From an uncultured Kiloniellaceae bacterium (GTDB taxonomy: Bacteria > Actinomycetota > Acidimicrobiia > Spongiisociales > UBA11373): a stretch of DNA of 64,000 bases. Positions 44,276-54,432 of this stretch are shown here, piece by piece. The DNA lies in the NCBI GenBank assembly GCA_964194935.1, contig CAXMOL010000106.1:2058-66057 (forward strand), read 5' to 3'. The notes beneath the pieces are model-generated. The model was not told the DNA's origin. It ran no database searches and worked only from the letters and a program-made list of their open reading frames with translations. Both the position numbers and the translations under genes were made by a program. How positions within the stretch are numbered: position 1 is the first letter of the stretch; each line of letters starts with the position of its first letter.

Positions 44276-45556
44276 ATGGCAATCGGGATCGGCATTGCGG
44301 GAGCGGGAACGGTCGGTGGCAGTCTGATTCGCAGGCTGGTTGAGGGACGCGCTGGCGTAATCGCCAAGACCGGTCTCGATCTAGAGGTTCGTCGGATCGT
44401 CGTTCGTGACACTTCCAAGAGCAGACCGTCGATTCCGGACGAATTGGTGTCAGACGACATTGGGTCGTTGATCTCTGATCCCGAAGTCGACCTCATCGTT
44501 GAGGTAATGGGAGGGTTGGAGCCGGCAGGTGAACTGGTGCTGGGCGCGCTGCAGGCAGGCAAGCCCGTCGTCACCGCGAACAAGGAATTGATCGCCGCTC
44601 GCGGTCCCGAACTCTTTGCTGCCGCTGCAGCCTCCGGAGTACCTCTGTTGTTCGAGGCGGCGGTCGGGGGTGGTATCCCGATCATCAGGCCTCTCACGGA
44701 GACACTTGCCGGTGAGCAGGTCGACCGTATTCTTGGGATAGTCAATGGAACCACCAACTTCATTCTTTCCTCGATGGCTGACGAAGGCGTGGGGTACGAG
44801 GAAGCCCTTGCCGCTGCGACGCGCCTCGGTTACGCCGAGCCGGATCCCACCGCCGACGTCTCCGGCACCGACGCGGCCGCGAAGGCAGCGATATTGGCTG
44901 GCCTCGCGTTTGGCACATGGGTTTCACCGGATCGGATCCACACCGAAGGCATCACCGATATCACGGACGCCGACTTCAATGCGGCCGAACAACTCGGATT
45001 CGCGATCAGATTGTTGGCGGTGGCTGAACGGCGCTCGGATGGTGTGAGTGTCCGGGTCCATCCCCTCATGCTTCCGTCGGAACATCCGCTCGCAGCCATC
45101 CGCGGTGCGACGAATGCCATCTACGTCGAGGGATCATCTGTGGGGGAGTTGCTCTTTGCCGGACCGGGTGCCGGAGGTGAGCCGACGGCGACGGCAGTTC
45201 TCGGCGATGTGATCGATGCCGCCAGGGAATACCTGTCAGGATCGCAAGTGGCTCCGGCGATCAGGGTCGAACCGGGTGATGTCGTCGACTTTGGTCGGGT
45301 TGAGACTCAGTGGTACATCAGGCTCGAAGTTGTCGACAATCCAGGGGTTCTGGCGCAGATAGCGACCGCCTTTGGTGATGCAGGTGTCAGCCTCCTTTCG
45401 GTCCGTCAGGAGGGTCGCGGGGATCGAGCGACCTTGCTGTTGGTCACCCACCGTGCACCCGAAGCTGCCCAACAAGAAGCGGTCAAGACGTTGCGCGCCC
45501 TTGAGGTCGTGGAGGCAGTGGCATCGGTGATCCGGGTCGAAAGTGAGGGAGTGTGA
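44276..45556 (+). CDS. hom: Homoserine dehydrogenase (with C-terminal ACT domain)
   Basis: 426 aa. [13 protein letters not shown]-binding, a central catalytic domain, and a C-terminal ACT (...[22 protein letters not shown]...). Confidence 0.9.
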   Translation: MAIGIGIAGAGTVGGSLIRRLVEGRAGVIAKTGLDLEVRRIVVRDTSKSRPSIPDELVSDDIGSLISDPEVDLIVEVMGGLEPAGELVLGALQAGKPVVTANKELIAARGPELFAAAAASGVPLLFEAAVGGGIPIIRPLTETLAGEQVDRILGIVNGTTNFILSSMADEGVGYEEALAAATRLGYAEPDPTADVSGTDAAAKAAILAGLAFGTWVSPDRIHTEGITDITDADFNAAEQLGFAIRLLAVAERRSDGVSVRVHPLMLPSEHPLAAIRGATNAIYVEGSSVGELLFAGPGAGGEPTATAVLGDVIDAAREYLSGSQVAPAIRVEPGDVVDFGRVETQWYIRLEVVDNPGVLAQIATAFGDAGVSLLSVRQEGRGDRATLLLVTHRAPEAAQQEAVKTLRALEVVEAVASVIRVESEGV

Positions 45557-46572
45557 CCTGGCCGGGTCTCATTGAGGCGTTCCGCGATCGCCTCGACATC
45601 GATCCGAGTACGACGGCGATCACGCTTCTCGAGGGGAATACTCCATTGCTGGCGGCCCCGAAATTGTCGACGATGGTCGGGCGGGAGGTGTTCCTCAAGG
45701 TGGAGGGCGCCAATCCGACCGGTTCTTTCAAGGATCGAGGAATGACGCTCGCTGTGTCGAAAGCCGTTGCTGCTGGGGTACGTGCGGTTGTGTGCGCTTC
45801 GACCGGCAACACCTCTGCCTCAGCGGCTGCATACGCAGCCAGGGCTGGCATCGAAGCGATCGTGATTCTTCCTGCCGGCAACGTCGCCCTCGGCAAACTC
45901 GCCCAGTCGGTTCGTCACGGAGCCCGGATCGTGGCCGTTGACGGAAACTTCGATGACGCCATGCGAGTTGTGCGCGAGATGGCGAGTGACGAGGTGGCAC
46001 TCGTCAACTCGGTCAACCCGGATCGAATCGAAGGGCAGCAGACTGTCGCCTGGGAAGTGATCGACGCGCTCGGCGCGGCTCCGGGCACTCATTGTCTCCC
46101 GGTTGGCAACGCCGGCAATATCACGGCCCACTGGAAGGGGTACTCGGCCGCCGATGCTGCTCCCGTTATGTGGGGCTTTCAGGCTGCAGGTGCGGCACCG
46201 ATCGTCCACGGTGAACCGATCGATCATCCGGAGACGATTGCGACCGCCATCCGGATCGGTGATCCGGCGTCGTGGACGGAAGCGGTGACCGCTCGTGACG
46301 AGTCCGGCGGCATCATCGGGGCGGTTTCCGATACCGAAATCTTGGATGCATATGACCTACTGGCCGCCTCAGAGGGAGTCTTCTGTGAGCCTGCTTCTGC
46401 TGCCTCGGTAGCCGGATTGCTGGCCAATAGGGCTGATCTCCCCGACGGACCGGTGGTGTGCACGATCACCGGACACGGCCTAAAGGACCCTGCAACGGCT
46501 GTCGATATGGATGTGGAGCTCGACCCAGTCGCCCCGGAAATTGGTGCGGTTCGCGCATCCCTCGGTTGGTGA
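45553..46572 (+). CDS. thrC: Threonine synthase (short form)
   Basis: 339 aa. ...[18 protein letters not shown]... PLP-Lys motif, ...[10 protein letters not shown]..., and full-length ThrC similarity. Its start overlaps the hom stop. Confidence 0.9.
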   Translation: MTWPGLIEAFRDRLDIDPSTTAITLLEGNTPLLAAPKLSTMVGREVFLKVEGANPTGSFKDRGMTLAVSKAVAAGVRAVVCASTGNTSASAAAYAARAGIEAIVILPAGNVALGKLAQSVRHGARIVAVDGNFDDAMRVVREMASDEVALVNSVNPDRIEGQQTVAWEVIDALGAAPGTHCLPVGNAGNITAHWKGYSAADAAPVMWGFQAAGAAPIVHGEPIDHPETIATAIRIGDPASWTEAVTARDESGGIIGAVSDTEILDAYDLLAASEGVFCEPASAASVAGLLANRADLPDGPVVCTITGHGLKDPATAVDMDVELDPVAPEIGAVRASLGW

Positions 46573-46879
46573 TCAGACGACCAGTCTTTGCTGAATCGTC
46601 GCAAGGCTCTACAATCAACCCATCGGGTAGACAACCCGATTCCCTGGACACTGTCTGTTGGCACCTGCTTTGGAAAAAATGCGTGTGTCCCATGACTGTC
46701 CCTAATCAGAACGATGTTCTGGAGGATCCTTTGAAGCTGTTCCTCGATCCGGCGTATCCCGCCGAAATCGAGTTGTCTCATGACCGGGGTGTCTCCGAGA
46801 CCCCACAGCCAACGGACGCCACTCGCAATTGCGGGGCGCCTTCGACACTTCGTCAGTCCCAGAACCAGAGAGGGAGCGA
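46573..46879 (+). promoter_or_regulatory. Long, relatively AT/C-rich 5' leader of rho (candidate autoregulatory attenuator / rut-like region)
   Basis: 307 nt non-coding gap between thrC and rho, with locally lower GC and C-rich runs, immediately upstream of the rho ATG at 46880. rho genes are commonly autoregulated through such leaders. Confidence 0.35.
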
Positions 46880-48496
46880 ATGACCACACGATCCAAGCTT
46901 CAGGAGAAGAAGCTCGACGAGCTGCGCACGATCGCCGGCTCGCTCGAAATCGCCGAACACGACAGTCTGCAGAAATCCAAGTTGATTGCGGCGATCCTCG
47001 AATCCGACGACTTTGATGCAAGCGCCGAGCCAGACCCCGTCGATTTCCCGGAGATCGAGGCGCACCGACCCGCAAAAGACGAGCCCTCTGCGCCCAAGGG
47101 CGGTAAAGCCGCTACAACGGCCAAGCCAAGAAATTCCAAGCCCGCGTCCCAATCCAGACCCAGCCGGGACGGTGATCGAGACGGGAATCGAGACGGGAAT
47201 CGAGACGGGAATCGCGATGGGAATCGTGAGGGCGGCCAAGGCGGTCAGCGGCGTCGACGCAGCCGCGGCGGTCAGGGCGGCGGTCAGGGCGGCGGTCAGG
47301 GCGGCGGTCAGGGCGGCGGTCAGGGCAGCGGTCAGCGTCAGGAGCAGCAGCAGTGGGATGACGCGGATCTCGAGGACCGCGAAGGCATCCTCGACATCTT
47401 GCCTGAGGGGTACGGCTTCCTTCGCGTAACCGGGTACCTGCCGGGTGATAAGGACTGCTACGTATCAGCAAGCCAGGTCCGCAAGTTCGGCCTTCGTAAG
47501 GGCGACACCGTCAGCGGCCCCATCCGTCCGCCGCGTTCCAAGGAAAAGTTCCCCGCGATCACCCGGATTGACCACATCAACGGGATGACGGTTGAAGAAG
47601 CTCGCAACCGCCCCAAGTTCCAAAGCCTCACGCCGTTGTTTCCTGATGAGCGGTTGCGCCTCGAAATAGAAGGCGAGGCCGACCATGTGCTGGTGCGCAT
47701 CGTCGACCTGATTTCGCCGATCGGCAAAGGTCAGCGCGGGCTCATTGTGTCGCCGCCAAAGGCTGGCAAGACGACGGTGCTGAAGGAGATCGCCAACTCC
47801 ATTACGGCAAATAATCCAGAGTGCCAGCTGATCGTCGTGCTCGTAGACGAGCGACCTGAAGAGGTAACCGACATGCAGCGTTCCGTAAAGGGCGAGGTGA
47901 TCTTCTCGACGTTCGATCGTCCTGCGGAGGAGCACACCCAGGTGGCGGATCTTGCGATCGAACGAGCTCGACGTCTTGTTGAGATGGGTGGCGACGTGGT
48001 GATCCTGCTCGATTCGATCACCAGGCTGGCGAGGGCGTACAACCTGGCGACTCCAGCGTCCGGCCGGATTCTCTCGGGTGGCGTCGATTCGACGGCGCTG
48101 TATCCCCCGAAGCGATTCTTCGGTGCTGCCCGCAACATCGAAGAGGGAGGAAGCCTCACGATTCTCGGTACCGCTCTGGTCGAGACCGGATCGCGGATGG
48201 ACGAGGTCATCTTCGAGGAGTTCAAGGGAACCGGAAACATGGAGCTTCGCCTCGATCGGAGACTCGCCGACAAGCGCGTGTATCCGGCCATCGATATCGA
48301 AGCTTCCGGTACCCGCAAGGAAGAATTGCTCTTCAACAAGGACGAATTGGCCCAGGTGTGGAAGCTGCGCCGGGTGCTGCTCGCCCTTCCCGAACCGGCC
48401 GCGGGGTTGGAGTTGCTGATCGACCGATTGAAGAAGACGAAGTCGAATGCCGAGTTCCTAGCCGACATCGCCAAGTCCACCCAGCCCGGGTCCTAG
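46880..48496 (+). CDS. rho: Transcription termination factor Rho with an actinobacterial N-terminal low-complexity (RD/GGQ-repeat) insertion
   Basis: The ATG at 46880 gives [24 protein letters not shown] (Rho N-terminal domain). The insertion reads [26 protein letters not shown]...[23 protein letters not shown]. The OB-fold, RecA-like domain (Walker A PPKAGKTT) and C-terminus are conserved. Confidence 0.9.
   Translation: MTTRSKLQEKKLDELRTIAGSLEIAEHDSLQKSKLIAAILESDDFDASAEPDPVDFPEIEAHRPAKDEPSAPKGGKAATTAKPRNSKPASQSRPSRDGDRDGNRDGNRDGNRDGNREGGQGGQRRRRSRGGQGGGQGGGQGGGQGGGQGSGQRQEQQQWDDADLEDREGILDILPEGYGFLRVTGYLPGDKDCYVSASQVRKFGLRKGDTVSGPIRPPRSKEKFPAITRIDHINGMTVEEARNRPKFQSLTPLFPDERLRLEIEGEADHVLVRIVDLISPIGKGQRGLIVSPPKAGKTTVLKEIANSITANNPECQLIVVLVDERPEEVTDMQRSVKGEVIFSTFDRPAEEHTQVADLAIERARRLVEMGGDVVILLDSITRLARAYNLATPASGRILSGGVDSTALYPPKRFFGAARNIEEGGSLTILGTALVETGSRMDEVIFEEFKGTGNMELRLDRRLADKRVYPAIDIEASGTRKEELLFNKDELAQVWKLRRVLLALPEPAAGLELLIDRLKKTKSNAEFLADIAKSTQPGS
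47155..47345 (+). repeat. In-frame tandem codon repeats inside rho: (GACGGGAATCGA)n encoding DGNR repeats, followed by (GGCGGTCAGGGC)n encoding GGQG repeats
   Basis: Direct reading: cgagacgggaatcgagacgggaatcgagacgggaatcgcgatgggaatcgtgag..., then ggcggtcagggcggcggtcagggcggcggtcagggcggcggtcagggc. Confidence 0.8.
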
Positions 48497-48520
48497 ACTC
48501 CGGTCCGCTCAGGAGTAGAG

Positions 48521-48832
48521 ATGAAGCAAGGAATCCATCCCGAATACCGCGAGGTCGTGTTCGTCGATACGTCGTCGGACTTCAAGTTCCTGACGCGGTC
48601 AACAGCTGCGACCACCGAGACGATCGAGTGGGATGACGGCAACACTTATCCGATGGTGCGCGTCGAGATGTCGAGCGCAAGCCACCCGTTCTACACCGGC
48701 AAGCAGATCCTCATCGACTCCGGTGGCCGCATCGAGCGGTTCCGCAGGCGGTACGGCCAGAAGGCGGACGCGCCTGTTGCCGCCCCCGCCGAAGAGGCGA
48801 CAGAGGAAAGCACCGAGTCCGAGGACTCGTAG
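48521..48832 (+). CDS. rpmE2: 50S ribosomal protein L31, type B (zinc-independent paralogue)
   Basis: [28 protein letters not shown]...SHPFYTGKQ matches L31 but lacks the CxxC zinc ribbon. There is an acidic C-terminal extension. A strong SD (AGGAG) sits 8 nt upstream. Confidence 0.85.
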   Translation: MKQGIHPEYREVVFVDTSSDFKFLTRSTAATTETIEWDDGNTYPMVRVEMSSASHPFYTGKQILIDSGGRIERFRRRYGQKADAPVAAPAEEATEESTESEDS

Positions 48833-48835
48833 CCA

Positions 48836-49768
48836 GTGTCCCGTTCGCCGGGAGCCACTGTCGGAGGTCAGGCCGTCATCGAAGGTGTGATGATGCGCGG
48901 TCCGACTGGATGGTCCGTGGCGGTGCGACGCCCCGATGGAGTCATCGAAGCTCGTAGCGATGAACTACCACGACTGTCTGCGCGGTCGCGAGCAGCCAAG
49001 GTTCCGCTCATTCGTGGCGTGATGGTTCTGGTCGAATCGCTCAGCCTCGGTTTTCGCGCTTTGTCCTGGTCGGCGACCAAGGCGACTGATGAGGACGAGG
49101 AGGAGATCAAGCCTCGTCACATCGCGGGAGCGATGGTCGTGGCATTTATCTTCTTTATCGGCTTCTTCATGCTGCTCCCGCTCCTCGTTGCCAAGGGTGC
49201 CGAGCGGTTGGTGGGGGAGTCGGATGTCTTTTTCAACGTGGTCGATGGACTCGTCAGGGTGCTGCTGTTCGTCGGCTATATCTGGGCCATCGGCCGCTCG
49301 GCTGAGATCGCTCGCGTATTCATGTTCCACGGCGCTGAACACAAGACGATCCACGCCTATGAGGCCGGCGATCCCTTGTCGGTCGACGCGATCCAGAAAT
49401 ACAGCCCGCGCCATCCACGGTGCGGAACCAACTTCCTCTTGATCGTCATCTTGATCGCGATCGTGGTGTTCACTGCGGTCGGTCGACCGGGATGGTTTTG
49501 GCTCGTGGCGAGTCGCGTGGTGCTGATCCCGTTTATTGCAGGTATCTCCTACGAGGTGCTCAAGTTGGCCGCCAACCATCGGTGGATGAGCCTTGCCTCG
49601 CGCCCCGGCATTTGGCTGCAACGACTCACCACCCGCGAGCCGACCGATGATCAGGTCGAGGTGGCCGTTGCCTCGCTGCTTGCTGCGCTCGACACTGCTG
49701 ATCGTACCGATGTGGAGCAGCGCGGCCCGATCGCGCCGGGTGCGCTCGGATACGTGATTTCGACGTGA
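48836..49768 (+). CDS. DUF1385 (YqhQ-like) membrane-associated protein
   Basis: ...VGGQAVIEGVMMRG... N-terminus and ...FMFHGAEHKTIHAYE... with hydrophobic segments, as in DUF1385. GTG start 4 nt after rpmE2. Confidence 0.7.
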   Translation: MSRSPGATVGGQAVIEGVMMRGPTGWSVAVRRPDGVIEARSDELPRLSARSRAAKVPLIRGVMVLVESLSLGFRALSWSATKATDEDEEEIKPRHIAGAMVVAFIFFIGFFMLLPLLVAKGAERLVGESDVFFNVVDGLVRVLLFVGYIWAIGRSAEIARVFMFHGAEHKTIHAYEAGDPLSVDAIQKYSPRHPRCGTNFLLIVILIAIVVFTAVGRPGWFWLVASRVVLIPFIAGISYEVLKLAANHRWMSLASRPGIWLQRLTTREPTDDQVEVAVASLLAALDTADRTDVEQRGPIAPGALGYVIST

Positions 49769-50844
49769 GGGACGAGGCACTTTTCGCAAGATTGACCGAG
49801 ATCGAAGAGGCCTACGACGAGACGCTGGAGACCATGGCAGACCCTGAGGTCTCAGCCGATCAGGCCAGGTATGCGGAGGTGGCAAAGCGATACTCCGACC
49901 TCAAACGAGTCGTTGACGTGTTCGCCGAATATCGCACCGCAATTCAGGATTCTGAAGAAGCAGCCGAGCTGGCCTCGATCGAAGAAGACGCCGAGATGGC
50001 GGCCGACTTCAGAACCATGGCTGAGGCCCGCTCGACTGCGGCAGATGCGTTCGAGAGCAAACTCCGCCTGATGCTGGTGCCGAAGGATCCAAACGATGAC
50101 AAGGACGTCATCGTCGAGATCAGGGCGGCGGTGGGTGGCGATGAGGCGGGGATTTGGGCGGGCGATCTGTATCGCATGTACCAGCGCTATGCCGAGAACC
50201 ATGGCTGGGCAACGGATCCGATCAACACGTCTGTGAGCGAATCAGGCGGTTTCAAGGAGATCACGTTCTCGGTAAAGGGTTCCGGGGCCTTCTCTCGTTT
50301 CAAGTTCGAAGCCGGGCCGCACCGGGTTCAGCGGGTCCCCAAGACCGAATCGCAGGGCCGGGTACATACCTCGATAGCGACCGTCGCAGTGCTGCCTGAG
50401 GTTGACGCGGTCGAGGTGGAGCTAAATGAGCACGATCTCGAAATCGATGTCTTTCGATCGTCCGGCCCCGGAGGGCAATCGGTGAATACAACAGACTCAG
50501 CAGTTCGTATCACTCACAAGCCGAGCGGCCTCGTGGTCATCTGCCAGGACGAGAAATCGCAGCTGCAGAACAAGGCAAAGGCTCTGCGTGTCCTGCGGGC
50601 CCGCCTCTATCAGATCGAGATGGACAAGCAGATGTCCGAGGTGGCCGCCGATCGTAAGGCCCAGGTCGGTTCAGGCGAGCGCAGCGAGAAGATCCGCACC
50701 TACAACTTCCGGGAGAACCGTGTCACCGATCATCGGATAGGCATGACGATCAAGCGACTCCCCGAGATTCTGGAGGGAGCGCTCGACCCCTTCGTAGATG
50801 CGTTGACGCTCGATGACGAGGCGAGGCGCCTGAGCGAAGGGTAA
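49765..50844 (+). CDS. prfA: Peptide chain release factor 1
   Basis: 359 aa. PxT-type codon-recognition region and ...SGPGGQSVNTTDSAVRITH... (GGQ motif). Its start overlaps the upstream stop. Confidence 0.95.
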   Translation: MRDEALFARLTEIEEAYDETLETMADPEVSADQARYAEVAKRYSDLKRVVDVFAEYRTAIQDSEEAAELASIEEDAEMAADFRTMAEARSTAADAFESKLRLMLVPKDPNDDKDVIVEIRAAVGGDEAGIWAGDLYRMYQRYAENHGWATDPINTSVSESGGFKEITFSVKGSGAFSRFKFEAGPHRVQRVPKTESQGRVHTSIATVAVLPEVDAVEVELNEHDLEIDVFRSSGPGGQSVNTTDSAVRITHKPSGLVVICQDEKSQLQNKAKALRVLRARLYQIEMDKQMSEVAADRKAQVGSGERSEKIRTYNFRENRVTDHRIGMTIKRLPEILEGALDPFVDALTLDDEARRLSEG

Positions 50845-50853
50845 GAGGAGTAG

Positions 50854-50888
50854 CCAGTCTCCAGTCTCCAGTCTCCAGTCTCCAGTCT
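50854..50888. repeat. Tandem heptamer repeat (CCAGTCT)x5 immediately 3' of prfA
   Basis: gtagCCAGTCTCCAGTCTCCAGTCTCCAGTCTCCAGTCTtcccccc read directly. Related (CAGTCYY)n arrays occur at 33031-33046 and 63957-63980. Confidence 0.9.
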
Positions 50889-51048
50889 TCCCCCCACCAA
50901 ACGCCTGCGGCCTGGCTCCGACGTTCAGGTCCTACTCGGCCCCGAAGCGCCTCCGCATGGAGGAGCCACCTACGGCGGCGCCCTGTTCTACGTTTGAATC
51001 CCCCAAATGGGAGAGTTGTCTTTCTTGCTAATCGCCAACAGCTAGTCG

Positions 51049-53967
51049 CTACTCGAATCCGATCGGTACCAGTCGTATGAGTATGTAGTTGTCGGCGCGG
51101 AGCAACTCGTTGGCCAGTGCCTTCAAGTCTGCTCGAGTCGGATCAAAGGTTTGCCCGATGCGGTTCACGACTTGTGAAAAGCTCTGGCCGGGGTGCTCAG
51201 CGGCCGACACGATGGCTTGCGACAGCAGTTCGTTGGACACCAACTCGTAATCGCGCAGGAGTTGTTCCTGGGCGATCGCCAGTTCGTCGGCGGTTGGTCC
51301 GCTGGCGCGGAGGTCTGCCAGCACCGCCAGTGTTTGGGCGACGACCTCATCGAGCCCAGCCGGGTCGCCGCTGATCTGGATTCGTAGTTCTACCGACTGC
51401 ACCGGCTCTTCAACCAAACCTGCAAACGCAAATGGTGAGTAGGACGCAGAGAGCTGCTCGCGAATCCGTTCCGTGAGCCGTTGTTGCAGCACTAGCTCGA
51501 GCAGATCGATCTGGATGCGTTTGGTGTCGTCCAATTCGGTCGCGGTGCTGAACAGGAAGGTCACTCCACCGAGTTCCCCGGTGCCGGCTTCGACGACGCG
51601 TTCGATGACGCCGTCGGGGAGGTCCGGTCTGACGTTGGTAAATGGCTCTGCGTCGCCCGGACCGGGAATCGTGCCGAGGTAGCGCCGTGCCAGGTCTTCG
51701 ACGACGTTCTCCTCGAAGTCGCCCGAAAACACAAAGACGAAATCGCCGGGATCGTCGAAGCGGTCAGTAAAGATGGCCGCCGCTCGATCGAGATCGAGAT
51801 TTATGAGTTCGGCGGCGGTCGGTAACACGGCAAAGCGCGGATCACCGTCGAACCTGGAGTCATTGAGGGCCCCCGCCACGGCCAGGTCGGGTACCTGCTC
51901 CGGATTGGCGGCATAGGGCAGGGCCTCACTGATGACTATGTCGAGGGCCGTCTCTTCGAACCGAGGTTCGGTCATGTAGAGATGGACCAACTGAAGTAGC
52001 GTCTCCAGGTCACGGGTCCCCGCCTCACCGAAGAATCCCTCGTGTACCTCGTCGATGAACGGAGTCAGCGCCACGACGAGACCTGAAAGCGTGCGATCCA
52101 AGGTGACCTGATCGATGTCGCCGACGCCGCTTTTGGCGATGATGTCGGCCGCGAGCTGCGCCTCGACTACGTCGCCTGGCGGCAGTAGCGACCACCCGCC
52201 GGGACTGGATGCTCGGAACACGACGACGTCATCGCGAATTGTTGTCGGCAGGAAGACGACTCGTGCTCCGTTGTCGAGCGTCAGGTCGGTGAGCCCGGTG
52301 TCGGCGAAGAGCCCACGGGATTTGACCGAGGTCGGTTCGGGTCGGCTCATCAACGTCTCGAGCGGTTCGATGTCGTCGCTCCATGGCTCGTAGTCACTCG
52401 AGCCGACGCGATCGAGGATCTCGGCCAGAGTTGATTCCTCAGGGATGACGTCCTGGGAGGCCTCCGGTGCAACAAGGATGACGAACGGTTCGGTCGATGC
52501 GACCGTGGCTGCAAACGTCGCCCACGCTTGTTCGGCGGTCATCTCGTCGAGGAGGCGGAGTCGCAAGTCGAACCAATCGTCGGCTGATGGAATCGGAATG
52601 CCGCCGAGGAATCTCTCGACGTAGGTGTCGGCATATTCAGCGTCTTGGGTGGTCCCGCGTTCGTCGAAGGCCAACTGCACGTCACCGCGCATGACGTCGA
52701 CCACCCGATCCAGTTCGGAGGCGTTGAAGCCGTGCACCCGGGCGCGTTCTACCTCGACCAGAAGGGCTTCGGTTGCTGCGCCGAGATCAGCAGGGTCGGC
52801 GAACGCTGCCAGACCGGGGGTGCGTTGGGCGCGGACGAGCGGATTGGAGGCGAACGACGGATCAAAGAACGGAGCGGAGCCGCGCAGCGCGGTTTCCTGC
52901 AAGCGGTTGACGATCATCTCCCATGCCAGTTCGAGGGCCATGCTCTGTCGCAGAGACCCGATGGTTCCTTCGCCATCGAGCACCGGCAGTGGATAGTTGA
53001 GTTCTGCCCAGGCCTGGGGATACTCGGGGTCGGCGATTATGAAGAAGGCAGGTTCCGTTGCGGCCTGGATGATCGGATGGGGAACCGGATCTGGATCAAC
53101 GGCCGATGCGACCGGGGCGAACCGTTCGAAGATGAGCTGTTCAATCGCGTCGGCATCGAAATCCCCTACCGCGATGATCGCCATCGTGTCGGTGCGGTAC
53201 CAGCGCTGGACGAAGTCACGCAGTCCCTCGGTCGTGGTCGCGGCGACCTGGGTTGGATCGCCCAACGGGCTGCGGTCTCCGAATGGTGTTCCCTCAAGCA
53301 GCACATCGGTGACACCCTCGAAGTAGCGGCCCCAGAAGTTCTGGTCTCTCAGTCGCCACTCCTCGACGAGGACTCCTCGTTCCAAGTCAACCTCGTCGGG
53401 ATCGAGTGCCACGGCGGTTGCCCATTCAAGGAGCACGTCGAATCCGGCGGTGAGAGTTTCGACGTCGTCGGTGGGCAACTCCAACTCATAGACGGTTTCT
53501 TCATAGGACGTGTAGGCGTTGATATCGGGCCCGAACTCTGCTCCAAAGCGCTGCAGCAGTAGTACGAGTTCATTGGCAGGAAAGCGCTCGGTCCCGTTGA
53601 ACATCATGTGTTCGAGGTAGTGGGCGGCGCCACGCTGGCCGTCGGCCTCCTGCACCGACCCCGCCATGACGGCGAGTCGCAGCTGCGCCCGCCCTCCGGG
53701 GGAGTCGTTCTCACGGATGTAGTAAGTCAGTCCGTTGTCGAGGGTCCCGATCAAAACCGCATCGTCGACGGCGATCACATCGTCATCGTCGGAAAAGCTC
53801 GCGACCTGGGGGATCGTCGACGTTGCAGGTCCATTTGTTGCTGAAGCCGTGGTCGTTGCGTCTCCGGCCAGGCCACTGGTGGTCGTCGAATCGTCCGAAT
53901 CTGAACACGCCCCCGCGATGAGGACGAGGGTGAGTGCGGTTGCTCCGAAGCGACTGGAGGCGGTCAT
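51049..53967 (-). CDS. M16-family zinc metallopeptidase (large two-unit pitrilysin-like protease), secreted lipoprotein
   Basis: 972 aa. Signal/lipobox ...LTLVLIAGACSDSD. Inverted zinc-binding motif HYLEHMMFNG...E (HxxEH). A second M16-like unit in the C-terminal half. Confidence 0.85.
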   Translation of the reverse strand: MTASSRFGATALTLVLIAGACSDSDDSTTTSGLAGDATTTASATNGPATSTIPQVASFSDDDDVIAVDDAVLIGTLDNGLTYYIRENDSPGGRAQLRLAVMAGSVQEADGQRGAAHYLEHMMFNGTERFPANELVLLLQRFGAEFGPDINAYTSYEETVYELELPTDDVETLTAGFDVLLEWATAVALDPDEVDLERGVLVEEWRLRDQNFWGRYFEGVTDVLLEGTPFGDRSPLGDPTQVAATTTEGLRDFVQRWYRTDTMAIIAVGDFDADAIEQLIFERFAPVASAVDPDPVPHPIIQAATEPAFFIIADPEYPQAWAELNYPLPVLDGEGTIGSLRQSMALELAWEMIVNRLQETALRGSAPFFDPSFASNPLVRAQRTPGLAAFADPADLGAATEALLVEVERARVHGFNASELDRVVDVMRGDVQLAFDERGTTQDAEYADTYVERFLGGIPIPSADDWFDLRLRLLDEMTAEQAWATFAATVASTEPFVILVAPEASQDVIPEESTLAEILDRVGSSDYEPWSDDIEPLETLMSRPEPTSVKSRGLFADTGLTDLTLDNGARVVFLPTTIRDDVVVFRASSPGGWSLLPPGDVVEAQLAADIIAKSGVGDIDQVTLDRTLSGLVVALTPFIDEVHEGFFGEAGTRDLETLLQLVHLYMTEPRFEETALDIVISEALPYAANPEQVPDLAVAGALNDSRFDGDPRFAVLPTAAELINLDLDRAAAIFTDRFDDPGDFVFVFSGDFEENVVEDLARRYLGTIPGPGDAEPFTNVRPDLPDGVIERVVEAGTGELGGVTFLFSTATELDDTKRIQIDLLELVLQQRLTERIREQLSASYSPFAFAGLVEEPVQSVELRIQISGDPAGLDEVVAQTLAVLADLRASGPTADELAIAQEQLLRDYELVSNELLSQAIVSAAEHPGQSFSQVVNRIGQTFDPTRADLKALANELLRADNYILIRLVPIGFE

Positions 53968-54132
53968 TGGATGAGGAGCCTAGGGCTGGCCCGCTACAAG
54001 GCGTCGGCCACCTTCGTTGAGTTGCAGCCCTGCTCGCGTTGATCCGCGATTCGCCAAGAGCCAACGTCTTGTTGAGGTCCTCTTGAGGTTTGTTCCTGCA
54101 TCTTCTCTACATCACCAGCAGAGGAGAGCGGT

Positions 54133-54387
54133 ATGAGAGTGTGGATCGATCAGGATTTGTGCACCGGCGATGGGATGTGCGAGGAGATCTGTCCCGACGT
54201 ATTTCGACTTCAAGCTGACGGATTGGCCTACGTCCACGACGAAGGCGGACTCAGGACCGCAGGCGCCGCTGATCCAGGTCGATTCGTCACGGTTGGGGAT
54301 TCACTCAGAGATGATGTGTTCGAGGCAGCCGACGAGTGTCCGGGGGAGTGCATCTTTGTCGAAGCTGAGGCAACCGCCGCCGCTTGA
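54133..54387 (+). CDS. Ferredoxin (single-cluster, 3Fe-4S/4Fe-4S type)
   Basis: 84 aa. MRVWIDQDLCTGDGMCEEICPDVF...ECPGECI has the CxxDxxC...CP pattern of actinobacterial small ferredoxins. Confidence 0.8.
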   Translation: MRVWIDQDLCTGDGMCEEICPDVFRLQADGLAYVHDEGGLRTAGAADPGRFVTVGDSLRDDVFEAADECPGECIFVEAEATAAA

Positions 54388-54432
54388 TGGCAGATCGTCA
54401 CTTGGGATCCGCTCCGGGCGTACTCTCCCGAC

